This document shows positions 7,863-17,744 of a stretch of 64,000 nucleotides of DNA, in pieces. The DNA is from a virus. A program made the position numbers and the translations under genes. The DNA is taken from the IMG/VR virus record IMGVR_UViG_3300037851_000572, positions 1 to 64,000 of that record; one strand, 5' to 3'. The first letter of the stretch is position 1. Every line of letters begins with the position of its first letter. The notes under the pieces are model-generated. The model had not been told where the DNA came from and searched no databases. It was given only the letters and a program-made list of their open reading frames with translations.

Positions 7863-8624
7863 TCAGCTGCCCGGGTAGCCCGTGAAGGTCTCACCCAGAT
7901 TGGCACCGCCGGCGTTGGGGGAAGCGCTGCTGATGAGGGTCAGAGCGCTGATGGCGACCGGCACCATGCGCTCGAACTGCATCCCCACCTGCTCCTGCAC
8001 GAGAACGCCTTGGGCGTCCGTCGAGATGGTGTGGTTCGGGAGGTAGCACGCCTCGAAGTAGCACGCGCCGAGGGCATCCTGATTGATGTCCCGGATGTAC
8101 ATCAGCATGCCGACCGGCTGAGCGAAGAGGTCCGACGCCAGGTTGATGAAGATGTTCTCGTACCCCGGCGGGATGCGGACGTCGTGGGGGTTGGACATGC
8201 TGGCCGCCCCGGAGTTCGGCCACATCGCCGGCACCACCGTCGGCGGAATGAGGTTCTGGTAGTAGGCGTACAGAACCCGCAGCAAGGAGGCACCGTGGTA
8301 GTAGATGCGCCCCAGCCCAATCTGCCCGACCGTGCGCCCCGAGATGAAGTAGCTCCGCTCGGAGCCAATCTCGAAGATGCGGGAGAAGGTGCGGTCGTGG
8401 CTGATGTTGAAGTTCTGGATGATGCCCACGGGTAGCACGATTTGGTTCGCGCTCTGCCCGGTGCCCTTCACCGCCTGCGCGAACGCCGCGGTGCCGCCGA
8501 TGTTGGCGAGACGTGGGGGGCCCGCGGCGAGCAGCGTATGCCCCGCGTTGACGTACTGACCATCGACCAACCCCGACTGGACGTAGTTGGTGTATGGGCT
8601 CCAGTCGCTGAAGTTGCCGGCCAT
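7863..8624 (-). CDS. Tail tube protein candidate
   Basis: Assigned by position downstream of the sheath, size (253 aa), beta-rich sequence and AAGGAGA RBS. No motif I can name with certainty. Confidence 0.45.
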   Translation of the reverse strand: MAGNFSDWSPYTNYVQSGLVDGQYVNAGHTLLAAGPPRLANIGGTAAFAQAVKGTGQSANQIVLPVGIIQNFNISHDRTFSRIFEIGSERSYFISGRTVGQIGLGRIYYHGASLLRVLYAYYQNLIPPTVVPAMWPNSGAASMSNPHDVRIPPGYENIFINLASDLFAQPVGMLMYIRDINQDALGACYFEACYLPNHTISTDAQGVLVQEQVGMQFERMVPVAISALTLISSASPNAGGANLGETFTGYPGS

Positions 8625-8673
8625 GAATCTGTCTCCTTCTTCCTGCTAGTCTACCAGAACCCAGGATTGCCCC

Positions 8674-8925
8674 TCACACCGCGGGCGCGCGCATCGTGGG
8701 AGCGAACATCGACATCCTTGCGGGAGCTGCCATCGTCGGAGCATTGCCCATCGGGTTCACGGACTGAGCAACGCGCCCCAGCGCCCCCTTGCCCGCTGCG
8801 GGGCGCAATGACTTTCGCAGCCCCGCCCCCACAGACCGAGCCACCCCAGAAGGGGGTGGCAGCATCGCGAGCTTCAGCTGAAGAAGCTCGTCGCGCATGG
8901 AGCGGAGGACTGCGCTCAGCATCAT
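8674..8925 (-). CDS. Small protein, paralog of 8930..9244
   Basis: N-terminus MLSAVLRSMRDELLQLKLAMLPP aligns with MLNAMLRELVEIKLAALAP of its neighbour. Confidence 0.5.
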   Translation of the reverse strand: MMLSAVLRSMRDELLQLKLAMLPPPSGVARSVGAGLRKSLRPAAGKGALGRVAQSVNPMGNAPTMAAPARMSMFAPTMRAPAV

Positions 8926-8929
8926 CAGG

Positions 8930-9244
8930 TCACCCCGTCTGCGCGAACTGACCCCAGTCTACGCTGCCCCCTCCGCCCCCCACCGCCGGGTGTGAGGCGC
9001 CGACGCGCTGAGCGCGACGGAACACCCCGGAGGCGGGGCCTGCATCTCGAATGCTAGAGTAGGCGGACGGGTCCAGCTTGGGACCACGCTTGGCCACGTC
9101 CACCAGCGGCTTCGCCCCCTTGCGGGCTGCCCCCAGCGCAGCCTGAGCCACGCCGGGGACGCTGCTGATGATGTTGGGGGCCAGCGCCGCGAGCTTGATT
9201 TCCACCAGCTCGCGGAGCATCGCGTTGAGCATCGTCCTGTTCAT
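8930..9244 (-). CDS. Small protein, paralog of 8674..8925
   Basis: See the neighbouring gene. Lies between sheath and tube. Confidence 0.5.
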   Translation of the reverse strand: MNRTMLNAMLRELVEIKLAALAPNIISSVPGVAQAALGAARKGAKPLVDVAKRGPKLDPSAYSSIRDAGPASGVFRRAQRVGASHPAVGGGGGSVDWGQFAQTG

Positions 9245-9250
9245 GGGACC

Positions 9251-12200
9251 TCACACAACCAGCGTGATACGGAGGTAGTTGCAGGGATACGGTGGGTCGA
9301 GGGTGCAGTCCACGAGCACCGTATCCCGGGCGTTCTCGTCCTGAACGATACTGTTCAGGGTGAGGCCGATGAGCACCCCGGTCTCCACGAGGAACCCACC
9401 GAGGCCCTGGATGACGGACCCTAGGGTGTCCAGGAAGCCCTGGGTGATGTTGAAGCGCCCGATGAAGTTGCGGAGGCCACGGCGCAAGAACTTCGCCGTG
9501 AAGTCCACCACCTTGGTGATGGAGTCGGTGCGCGTCTCGATGGACGTCATGTTCGTCGTGAGGGCCATGCGGGCGGTGAGAGGCCCGCCCTGGACGTCCT
9601 GCACGATGATGTACGCCCCACCAGCGGCCATCTGGTTCAGCTGTCGCTCGTTGAAGACGTTGTTCGACCCGACCACCCGGGTGTACCCGGTCATCGGGAA
9701 GTTGGTGAACGACTGCTGTGGCGGCTGCTGCCCAATCATCCCGGCGATGCCGGCGTTCAGGTAGTAGCCCTCGATGAGCTGCTCGAGCCCCTCGATGGTG
9801 GCGGCCGTCTTGTCCGGGAAGGTCATCCAGAACCGACGGTTGCCGAAGGCCTGCCCGAGTCCCGCCACCGTGGCCGCCACGGCGTTCTTGTCCTGCTGCC
9901 CCGTCGAGGTGACGAGCGCGGCGCCCCGGATGCGGATGGCGAACGAGGTGCTGATGATGGGGAGCGTGAGCGCCGTGGTGGAGTAGTAGCCGTCCTCGTT
10001 CGTGCCCGCCTGGAAGACGATACGAAGGGTGACGACGCCGCCCGAGATGCTCTCGACGCTGTACCGCTTGGAGTCCCCCGCGATGTCGAGGAACACGCCG
10101 GCCGAGGTGGGGATGGTGCCGACGGGGTTGACTCCGGCGTTGCTGAGCAGGGCGCTCAGGTTCACCACCTTGGTGTCGAACGTCAGCGTGGTCAGCCCAT
10201 CGCCGTCGGTGCCGCTCGCCACGAGCTTGTCGAGTGCGTGCGTGGGCATCGTCGGATTCCACAGTACGATGCGCTCCCCCTTGCTCGTGGGCTCGCTCAT
10301 GAACGTGACGTGGGTGTTGAACACCTCCGCCACGCTCTGGTCGTGCGTCATCGGAGCGATGGCGTAGACCTCGTACCCCTCGAGGTACTCCGCGGCGCGG
10401 GTGAAGGCCTCGACCGTGCCATCGGGGGCGTCCGCCGTGACCTCGTCTACGCCGAGCCCGGTCACCTGGATGCCAGGGGCGTTGATGAGAGCGAAGAACA
10501 GCCCCAAGCCCAACGGATTGTCGGTGTTGAGAGGGGAGAGCGCCTCGGAGACGGCGGTCGTGTTGTCGAAGCGGAGCAACCCCGGCTGACTGGCGAGGGC
10601 GGTCACGTCCTGGCGAACGGCGTTGTAGCTGATGTACAGCGGCGCCTTGCCCGGAACCGTGGCCCCGGTGATGTCGCGCAGCTGACCCTGTTGCAGAAGC
10701 ACGTTGCCCGCGAGGTCGACCTGCATGTTCGGGTACGGACGGGAGACCCCGTTGACGGATGCGCCCGCCACCAGGTTCTTGGCCACCACGTAGAAGTACT
10801 CACCGACGTTGGTATCGATAGGCACCTGCCGGTCGATGCGCAGCACGTTGGTGAGCCCGCCCGGAGAGCGCTTGGTGATGGTGGCGTAGAAGGCACCGTC
10901 CAACCAGAGCTCGTCGCCCGGCTCCGGCCGGAAGGGGGTGCCGCGCGCGGTGGCCCCAGCGACGATGGCTTCCCCGTTGCCAGCGAAGGTCTCGTCGACG
11001 GGCAGACCGAACAGCACATCTCCCGGTCCGTTCGTCTCGATGAGCAAAGTAGAGGCAGTGCCCGTACCCGCTCCCGTGATGACCACCCCACCGTTCGGTC
11101 CCTGCGTCGCGGTGACGCCTACGACAGCCGCCTCGATAAGAGCCTTCAGGGCAACCCAAGTGGTCTCCCCACCAACTGCTGTCACCGTCCCCACAGTAGG
11201 GGTTGCCCCCGGCCCGGAGACGTAGGTGAGGTCGAAGAGCGCTCCTGCAGAGAGCGCCGCGAAGGTGGTAGCGTCTACCGTACCCTCGGTCGTGACGGCG
11301 GGGTTCGTTCCCTTGTCCAGCCACTGGAGGGCAGTGCCTCCCAGAATCTCCACGAAGCTGCTGTCACCGAGCCAGTAGTTGGTAAAGCGCAGGCGCACCG
11401 CGCCACCAGGAGGGACGTCCGTGGCGTAGAGCCTGCCCCCCGCCGGTACCCCCACGATGGCCTCGATTGCCGTCTGCAGAAGGGAGAACGTGGTCTCCGT
11501 ACCTGCGAAGGTGATGACCTGCGGCTGCTGGCCATCGCTGACGATGAGGGTGGAGTTCGCCGGTGGAGGCAGCGTTGCGTCTCCCGTAGCGGTGAGCGTC
11601 GCGTTGGTCGGAGACGCCTCGAAGTTCACACCCGAGAACTGCAGCAGCGGGGTGACAGCGTCGCCATTGCCGTCGTCGATGGCAGCGATGCTGACGCCTG
11701 CCACCAGCTCGGTCGTGAGGCCCAGCAAGGTGTTGGCAGGGAACGCCGGCGGCAGGAGGATTTCGATGGTGTGCTCCTCTCCGCCCAGCGCATGCGTGAA
11801 CACCAGCCCCCAGTTCGGGGCTGCCGCCGAGGCGACGATACCGGTAAACCCACCGACACCATTGAGGAGCGTCAGGAGCTGCACGGTGTTAGTCACCGTG
11901 CCCGGGATGATGACCGACTGGGTCTCCCCACCGTCGACCTTCACCTGCAGCACCTCGTTGGCGAAGGTGGGGAAGGACGTGTTGAGGTTGACGGTACCCT
12001 CCGTCGTAGCGGCTGGTAGCGCGACCTCTCCCCGCTGCAGGAAGGCCTCGGTCCGCTTGGCCTCCTGCAGGTTCGACCCGGACCCCGTGAAGAGGAAGGC
12101 CCGAATGGTGTCCTTCTCGATGGCCAGCTCCTCGAGGTTGTCTCGAGGGTCCGGCATCGACGTCGGGGGCACCTTGACCTCGTACTGGTTGTACGAAGTC

Positions 12201-12730
12201 AGGCCCCTGTACGTCTTGCCGATGCCGATGCCGAACGTCGTGGCGACGGCCGGCGCCGTGGCCACGGAGATGAGGATGCTCTGGAACTCGCCAGTACCCA
12301 CCGTCCGCAGCTGCCAGGAGTCGTCTCCCACCACCTCTGCGACGACCGAGGTCACGAGCTGGGCCGCCAGCACCTTGTTGACCTGGTCGACGACGGTGGC
12401 GGGGGTCAGCCCGTACGCCGTGGGGTCTGCGAAGGTGACGGAGACGTCCGTGCCGTCGTTCGGCGAGAACACGAGCGCCAGACCGTCCAGACCGGTGTAG
12501 CGCTTCGGGGTTCCAGTAGCCGCCGTCGCGATGAAGAAGGCGGGCATCTGAATGAGCGAGTCGGGGTTCAGCTGCGTCCCCCCAGCTCCATCACTCTCCA
12601 GAACCTCAACCACCTGCCGGCAGACGCCGACGATACTCGGTAGAAGAGTGGGAGTGATGACCGACGGGGTGACCGTGCGGAACTCCTGGATTACTTCGAC
12701 GCCCGGTCGAGCGAGTTCTTCTGCTGCCAC
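9251..12730 (-). CDS. Tail sheath protein, unusually large (1159 aa)
   Basis: N-terminus ...RPGVEVIQEF. The C-terminal domain AGGAYIIVQD...IETRTDSITKVVDF...NFIGRFNITQGF...CNYLRITLVV is typical of contractile sheath C-domains. The long middle is Thr/Gly/Val-rich. Confidence 0.85.
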   Translation of the reverse strand: MAAEELARPGVEVIQEFRTVTPSVITPTLLPSIVGVCRQVVEVLESDGAGGTQLNPDSLIQMPAFFIATAATGTPKRYTGLDGLALVFSPNDGTDVSVTFADPTAYGLTPATVVDQVNKVLAAQLVTSVVAEVVGDDSWQLRTVGTGEFQSILISVATAPAVATTFGIGIGKTYRGLTSYNQYEVKVPPTSMPDPRDNLEELAIEKDTIRAFLFTGSGSNLQEAKRTEAFLQRGEVALPAATTEGTVNLNTSFPTFANEVLQVKVDGGETQSVIIPGTVTNTVQLLTLLNGVGGFTGIVASAAAPNWGLVFTHALGGEEHTIEILLPPAFPANTLLGLTTELVAGVSIAAIDDGNGDAVTPLLQFSGVNFEASPTNATLTATGDATLPPPANSTLIVSDGQQPQVITFAGTETTFSLLQTAIEAIVGVPAGGRLYATDVPPGGAVRLRFTNYWLGDSSFVEILGGTALQWLDKGTNPAVTTEGTVDATTFAALSAGALFDLTYVSGPGATPTVGTVTAVGGETTWVALKALIEAAVVGVTATQGPNGGVVITGAGTGTASTLLIETNGPGDVLFGLPVDETFAGNGEAIVAGATARGTPFRPEPGDELWLDGAFYATITKRSPGGLTNVLRIDRQVPIDTNVGEYFYVVAKNLVAGASVNGVSRPYPNMQVDLAGNVLLQQGQLRDITGATVPGKAPLYISYNAVRQDVTALASQPGLLRFDNTTAVSEALSPLNTDNPLGLGLFFALINAPGIQVTGLGVDEVTADAPDGTVEAFTRAAEYLEGYEVYAIAPMTHDQSVAEVFNTHVTFMSEPTSKGERIVLWNPTMPTHALDKLVASGTDGDGLTTLTFDTKVVNLSALLSNAGVNPVGTIPTSAGVFLDIAGDSKRYSVESISGGVVTLRIVFQAGTNEDGYYSTTALTLPIISTSFAIRIRGAALVTSTGQQDKNAVAATVAGLGQAFGNRRFWMTFPDKTAATIEGLEQLIEGYYLNAGIAGMIGQQPPQQSFTNFPMTGYTRVVGSNNVFNERQLNQMAAGGAYIIVQDVQGGPLTARMALTTNMTSIETRTDSITKVVDFTAKFLRRGLRNFIGRFNITQGFLDTLGSVIQGLGGFLVETGVLIGLTLNSIVQDENARDTVLVDCTLDPPYPCNYLRITLVV

Positions 12731-12734
12731 TGCT

Positions 12735-13607
12735 CTAGCCTTTCTGCTTGATGGCTGGAACCGATGCGCACGATTGTTCCATGCTGCGCCTGGTTATGGG
12801 AATAGCCGCGGGGCTGCTCCCTAGCCGGCTCCCTGCCCTATTGGGGTACACAACCCGTACCCGAACCATCCGAGCCGGATTCAGTGGATGTGGCTGAAGC
12901 ATGTCCGCGCGGGGCGGTACATCAACAGCTGCACCTGCGGATGTTGGCGCGCCGCGCGCCATCCCTGCAGGAAACGCCGCGTAGTACCCGAAGGGGTACT
13001 CATGTAGCTGCGCAGGAGCGCCGTTGCTGCGCACACAGCGCTCGGAGGTAACGGTCAGCGACTGCTCGATGCTCTTGACCACCTCCCTACCAAGCGGTGT
13101 GAAGGAGGACAGACGCGCGAACTGGTAAGGAACGCTCACGGCTGTGACGAAGAACTCGTCTCCGCGGTCGTTGGCGATGATGCTGCCCGCTGGACTGGGG
13201 GAACCAATCTGAATGCCGCGCCCCACCTCGAAGAAGCCCGCTCGCATCAGCAGGTCACGCAAGAGCCAGATGTGGTCGGCGATGACGAAGGCCAGGTGCT
13301 CGCTCTCCACGGACACCCGAGAGCAGGCGTTGATGGTAATCGTACCGGGTAGGAGCACCCCCTTGGTCTTCTTGTCGAGCGAGAAGTCGTACGCCTCCAG
13401 GTCGTCGAGCCCCAGGTTGTAGAACTGGATGGGCCCGCGCACGATGTTGACGGCGGGCACCTTCTCCACGACCGTGGGCTGAATCGACTCCTCGTCGCTG
13501 ACGTAGAGCTCCGTCGTCTCGTCGTCGGGGGTCCAGTGGAAGGAGCCGGCGGGGGCGGCAGCGAACAGACCTCGGATGAAGTTCAAGAACAACACCCGCA
13601 CGTGCAT
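12735..13607 (-). CDS. Hypothetical virion/neck-associated protein
   Basis: Start trimmed to MHVRVLFLNF (ATG at 13607), since the upstream gene stops at 13669. No clear RBS. Confidence 0.5.
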   Translation of the reverse strand: MHVRVLFLNFIRGLFAAAPAGSFHWTPDDETTELYVSDEESIQPTVVEKVPAVNIVRGPIQFYNLGLDDLEAYDFSLDKKTKGVLLPGTITINACSRVSVESEHLAFVIADHIWLLRDLLMRAGFFEVGRGIQIGSPSPAGSIIANDRGDEFFVTAVSVPYQFARLSSFTPLGREVVKSIEQSLTVTSERCVRSNGAPAQLHEYPFGYYAAFPAGMARGAPTSAGAAVDVPPRADMLQPHPLNPARMVRVRVVYPNRAGSRLGSSPAAIPITRRSMEQSCASVPAIKQKG

Positions 13608-13668
13608 CAGCGGGTTGTACTTGAAGCTCGACTCCGGGAAGGCCGGGGTAGGCTGAGTCTCTGGACTC

Positions 13669-14085
13669 CTAGCCGCCACTGAGCTCCCTCCGCTTGGCCT
13701 CGTCGGCCCGCATCCGGTCGAAGAGCGTGTTCTGCGCGTGGTCGAAGGCCACCGTGCCGATGCCCACCAGAGCGGGGACGGCATGAGTGATGACGCTGTC
13801 GGGTTGGAACAGCTCGGTGGGCGGGAGCCCCTTCCTAGCCCGGACCACGTTCCTGATGGCGCGCGCGCCCATGAGCCCCCCGTACCCCAACGCCGTGCCG
13901 CCGGCGTAGAGCCCGAGCGTCTTACCTGCCGTCAGCAGTGGGTGCGGAGGCTTCGCCGGCTCTGGGGTCGGCTGCTCCAGCTGCTGGCCCTCTTCCCCAG
14001 CCACGTGCGAAGGCTCCGGCCGCACGTCAGCCAGCTTGGCGAGGGTGTTGGGGAGGAGCTCGAGATAGAAGCGCGCGCTCAGCAT
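13669..14085 (-). CDS. Hypothetical protein with a glycine-zipper segment
   Basis: Contains GKTLGLYAGGTALGYGGLMGA. Confidence 0.5.
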   Translation of the reverse strand: MLSARFYLELLPNTLAKLADVRPEPSHVAGEEGQQLEQPTPEPAKPPHPLLTAGKTLGLYAGGTALGYGGLMGARAIRNVVRARKGLPPTELFQPDSVITHAVPALVGIGTVAFDHAQNTLFDRMRADEAKRRELSGG

Positions 14086-14086
14086 G

Positions 14087-14983
14087 TCAGCTCCGAACTT
14101 GGTACAGAGAGAAGATACCGTCGGGAACCTCCGAACCCAAAGCCTCGAGCTGCTGAGGGTTGGTGAAGTTGCGCTCCGGCTTCAGGAAGATGTTCCTCAA
14201 CGCCTCGTCGAGCTGGATGGGGATGCTGTTCTCGAGAGCGCTCTCCGGTATCTGATGTAGCTGAATCTCCTGGTGGACGGACGACCCCACATGCGCCGTC
14301 TCATTGACCTGCGTCACCTTGTACCGAGTGCGCCGGGCACCGCACACCAGAAGGTCCCCCACCTTGCATGGTGGGTAGTACGTCAAGCGCGCCGTGGTGT
14401 CGTTCTGCTGCAGCTTCCCCTGACTCGACATCTGCTCCGCGTTGGCACTGGGGTCGATGGAAACCCAGGCTTCGATGGGGTGCATGTACCCACGAACGAA
14501 ACTGGTCTCCCAGCAAGTACGACAACCCGAACGCGTGCGCTTCTTCAGGCTCTCGCTCCAGCAGGAGGAGCAGCGCTGCCCAAACGTGCGGACAGGTAGC
14601 AGCCAGCAACGCTCCCCGATGAACTCCCGCATCAGGAGGGTGATGTGGCTGCGGACCTCCTTGGTCACGAGGTCGTCGTCGTGCCCTATCTCCGCCGGAC
14701 CGAAGTCCTCGAACTCCCCCGTCACCTTGTTCCGAACCCGCACCTGGTAGTGCAGCTGCCGGTACCGGTGCAGGCTCTTTATGGAGTCGTCGAGGAACAG
14801 GTAGCGGTCGTCGAACTCGGCGCTGATGGTGTCGTAGGGGCCCTCCGACCCCTCCGAACGCAACACCTGGAAGGTGTAGTCCAGCACGTCAGCCAGCGTC
14901 GGCTCGAGCTCCCACGAAACCTCGTTGTGCTCGACCGTCAACGAGCGAACCTTGAGAGCCCGAATCGTGAGCTGGCAGCCCAT
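14087..14983 (-). CDS. Hypothetical structural protein with a 4-Cys cluster
   Basis: Contains RCSSCW...SGCRTCW. The beta-rich N-terminus looks FN3-like. Confidence 0.6.
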   Translation of the reverse strand: MGCQLTIRALKVRSLTVEHNEVSWELEPTLADVLDYTFQVLRSEGSEGPYDTISAEFDDRYLFLDDSIKSLHRYRQLHYQVRVRNKVTGEFEDFGPAEIGHDDDLVTKEVRSHITLLMREFIGERCWLLPVRTFGQRCSSCWSESLKKRTRSGCRTCWETSFVRGYMHPIEAWVSIDPSANAEQMSSQGKLQQNDTTARLTYYPPCKVGDLLVCGARRTRYKVTQVNETAHVGSSVHQEIQLHQIPESALENSIPIQLDEALRNIFLKPERNFTNPQQLEALGSEVPDGIFSLYQVRS

Positions 14984-14986
14984 AGA

Positions 14987-15880
14987 CTACCTTGCCGTGC
15001 CTCGTCCCATACCGAAGCCCAAGGCGCCTCCGCCTAGTGCACCAGCACCTACCAGCCCAGCAGCACCCAACCCGGCGGCACCAAGAGCTGCCTTCGGGTT
15101 CTTCCTGGTGTACCCCACTAGCCCTCGACCTACATTGCTGAGAGCCCTACCGGCACCATCCTGGCGTAACCCCGTAACCGCTGCCCTACCGAGTCCTCGA
15201 AGCATGCCGAAAGCACCGATGGCGTGCTTCTGAAGACCCAACGTGGTGACCGTTTGCACAGGAGCGGCGTACTGCGCCGCAACCTTCTGCAGCCTCTGTC
15301 GCATCCGAGCCGCGGCCTTCTTGACCTCTTCGTCCGACTTCTCGGGCTCCTTCCTGGTGGCTGCTGGCGGCTCTTCTTCCTCAACCTGCTCCACCTCCTC
15401 AGGCTCTCCCGGCTCCTCTTCTTCGCTGGCGGGCTCCTCCTCGACTTCTTCATCTTCGACGACCGGCTCCTCCTCCTCGACCTCCGGCTCGCCGGTGGAC
15501 GCGACGAGTCGTAGCTTGTTCAACTCAAGGTCGAGGATGCGCTTCTTCAACCGGATGGCGTCGTCTGCGCGGTACTCCGCGTCGTGCTCAAGCCGCTCCG
15601 CGTCCTCCTCCTCAGTCCGAGCCAGGCGCCTCTGCTCCTTGGCAATATCATTCTCCAAGCTCTCCTGCTCGAGCACGAGCGCCTGCTCGTGGAGGGGGGT
15701 ACCTTCGAACTTGTCGAGCCAGCTCTCGTCGTCTCCGCAGAGGGACGCGAGCTTGCTGCGGCCCGCGGCCAGAGCCTGAAGCTCCGCCTTGGGGAGGCGC
15801 CGAAAGTCCGACACCAACGACTGGTAGGCCGAGGCCTTCTTTTCGTGCTCACAGGCAACTTCGAGGAATGAGTCCAGCAT
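14987..15880 (-). CDS. Acidic coiled-coil protein with a C-terminal glycine zipper
   Basis: AGGAGA RBS. Poly-Glu run EVEEEEPVVEDEEVEEE. C-terminus GAAGLGAAGLVGAGALGGGALGFGMG. Confidence 0.65.
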   Translation of the reverse strand: MLDSFLEVACEHEKKASAYQSLVSDFRRLPKAELQALAAGRSKLASLCGDDESWLDKFEGTPLHEQALVLEQESLENDIAKEQRRLARTEEEDAERLEHDAEYRADDAIRLKKRILDLELNKLRLVASTGEPEVEEEEPVVEDEEVEEEPASEEEEPGEPEEVEQVEEEEPPAATRKEPEKSDEEVKKAAARMRQRLQKVAAQYAAPVQTVTTLGLQKHAIGAFGMLRGLGRAAVTGLRQDGAGRALSNVGRGLVGYTRKNPKAALGAAGLGAAGLVGAGALGGGALGFGMGRGTAR

Positions 15881-15888
15881 GATGTCTC

Positions 15889-17280
15889 CTAGCCGAGAGG
15901 CCTCAGGTGGTTGGCGATACGGCCGATGCTCGGCCCCGCGCTAGCGCCCACCGCCGCACCGCCCACCGCCCCTGTGAGGGCGCCGTAGGCGGTAGCGGCA
16001 GTCGGGTGCTGCTCTGCAACCTCAGCTCCTGCCAGCCGCCCCTTGAGGGCGGCCAGCTGCATGGCCTGACGGAAGCCCCCCTGCTCCTGGGCCTCCATCG
16101 CCTGGACGCGGCTGCGCAGCTCGGGGGCCCCGAGGCCTGCTCGATACGCGCTCAACCCACCCGTCAGCGCGCCGACGCCGGCGCCTACTCCTGCGCCGAT
16201 GAGCTGAGGGCTCACGGCGCCTTGCTTCAAGCCCGCCGTCGGGTCCATCACCCCGAGGTCCGCTCCCCCTGACGGGCCGGGGGCGGCGCCGAGCGCCGGG
16301 GAGCCCTGTGGCTGCGGAGCTCCCGCTGCCTGCTGGGCCTGCGAGGTCTGGATGGCGGCCTCATCCTGAGCCCGACCCGCTTCCTGCACCTCCTTGCCTG
16401 CCTCGGAGGGGGAAGCCGGAGGGGCGCCGCCGGCGGCAGCAGGGTCACCGTCCTGGGGCGCGGCGGCCATCTGGGCCTGCTGGCCCTGGAGCTCGGCAGC
16501 TGCCACCTCGGCGGGGTCCTGACTGGCCACCTCGAGCATCTGCTGGCGGAGCTTCTGCATCCCCAACCGGAGGTTGGCCGCCACCTGGGTCTGCTTCAGG
16601 GCGTCGTCCCGCGCGGCCAGGGCTTCCTGCATGCTCGGCTCGACCTGCATCTGCAAATCCTGCAGCTGCTGCTGGACCTGGGCCATCTGTTCCTGCACCG
16701 ACTGGGCCATCTGCTCAGCCTGCTGAGCTCGAGCGCGGTAGAAGGCGCCCTCCTGTGCGTTCTGCGCCTGCTGCGCCATCTGCTCTGCCTGCAGGTAGTT
16801 CACCGGCTGAAGCTCCTGTCCTGCCGTAGGGGAGGTCATGGCCCCGCCCATCTCAGCCATGGGCTCCTCTGCCAGCTTCATGCACGCCAGCTTGAAGCGC
16901 ATGCGGACGGCCGCGTGCTTGTGCCGGGCGATGTCCCGCCCCCGGCCGACTTCCTTGCCGGCAGAGCCCCCAGTGGCGTACCCCAAGGCTCCCCCCACGA
17001 GGGCGCCCGCGTGCCCCTTGAGCAGCTTGTGTCCCGCCACCGCTCCGCCGATGGTACCGACGGCCTGACCGACAGCACGCCCCGTGCGCTCCCCGCGGTG
17101 GGCGCGGTCGACGATGGCATCCTTCGTGGACTGGGTGATGCCGGACAGCACTCCCTTGCGGGCGGCGTCCTGCACCTCCGGTGGGGCCTCCGCAGCCTTC
17201 CGAATGCCGAGGTAGAAGTCAGCGGCGTCGGTGAAGGGGATGCTGGCATCATCCAGGAGCGCGCGTTCGAAGTCGGTCAT
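15889..17280 (-). CDS. Gln-rich coiled-coil protein with several glycine-zipper segments
   Basis: Start trimmed to MTDFERALL (ATGA overlap plus GGAGG). Contains GTIGGAVAG..GALVGGALGYATGGSAG, MKLAEEP and GAGVGAGVGALTGG. Confidence 0.65.
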   Translation of the reverse strand: MTDFERALLDDASIPFTDAADFYLGIRKAAEAPPEVQDAARKGVLSGITQSTKDAIVDRAHRGERTGRAVGQAVGTIGGAVAGHKLLKGHAGALVGGALGYATGGSAGKEVGRGRDIARHKHAAVRMRFKLACMKLAEEPMAEMGGAMTSPTAGQELQPVNYLQAEQMAQQAQNAQEGAFYRARAQQAEQMAQSVQEQMAQVQQQLQDLQMQVEPSMQEALAARDDALKQTQVAANLRLGMQKLRQQMLEVASQDPAEVAAAELQGQQAQMAAAPQDGDPAAAGGAPPASPSEAGKEVQEAGRAQDEAAIQTSQAQQAAGAPQPQGSPALGAAPGPSGGADLGVMDPTAGLKQGAVSPQLIGAGVGAGVGALTGGLSAYRAGLGAPELRSRVQAMEAQEQGGFRQAMQLAALKGRLAGAEVAEQHPTAATAYGALTGAVGGAAVGASAGPSIGRIANHLRPLG

Positions 17281-17720
17281 GGAACCTCCACCCATGCGAA
17301 GTAGCTGTCCACTCGCGCACCCGGAGACACATCGAGTACGCGTGGGGCGGAACCTGCTGGGAAGGCGTAGACCACCCCAGTGATATCGGCGGCCTTGCCG
17401 AAGCCGAAGATGGCGTTGGCCGTACCGTCCTTGTCGACGACGACACCGCTGGCGTGCTTGAGGCCGAGGCATCCGTCGACGAACACGACGGTGACCCCCG
17501 CAACCGCTGCCTCGATGGCAGCCTTCACCTGCGCGTAGGTCAGCCCCACACCGGTGGCGTCACTGAAGGTGACCGTGGTCGACCTGATGATGAGCGTGAG
17601 GCCGTGCAGGCCCATCATCTTGCCGGAGCCGTTGACGACCTTGACCCCACCCAATACCCCGCCGTTCAAGGTGAACTTCAGGGACTGCAGGGTGGGGGCT
17701 TCGATGAAATGGTGAGGCAT
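17277..17720 (-). CDS. Hypothetical 147-aa beta-rich protein
   Basis: GAGGAA RBS, ATG start. Confidence 0.6.
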   Translation of the reverse strand: MPHHFIEAPTLQSLKFTLNGGVLGGVKVVNGSGKMMGLHGLTLIIRSTTVTFSDATGVGLTYAQVKAAIEAAVAGVTVVFVDGCLGLKHASGVVVDKDGTANAIFGFGKAADITGVVYAFPAGSAPRVLDVSPGARVDSYFAWVEVP

Positions 17721-17744
17721 GATTCCTCGTGTCTGAACACACGC

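Noticed and set aside
15330-15480. Repetitive GAG/GAA-rich DNA that looked like a tandem repeat or array.
   Set aside because: It is an in-frame poly-Glu/Pro acidic tract of the 14987..15880 protein with no fixed repeat unit. It is not a CRISPR or satellite array. No CRISPR-like repeat-spacer structure was seen anywhere in the window.
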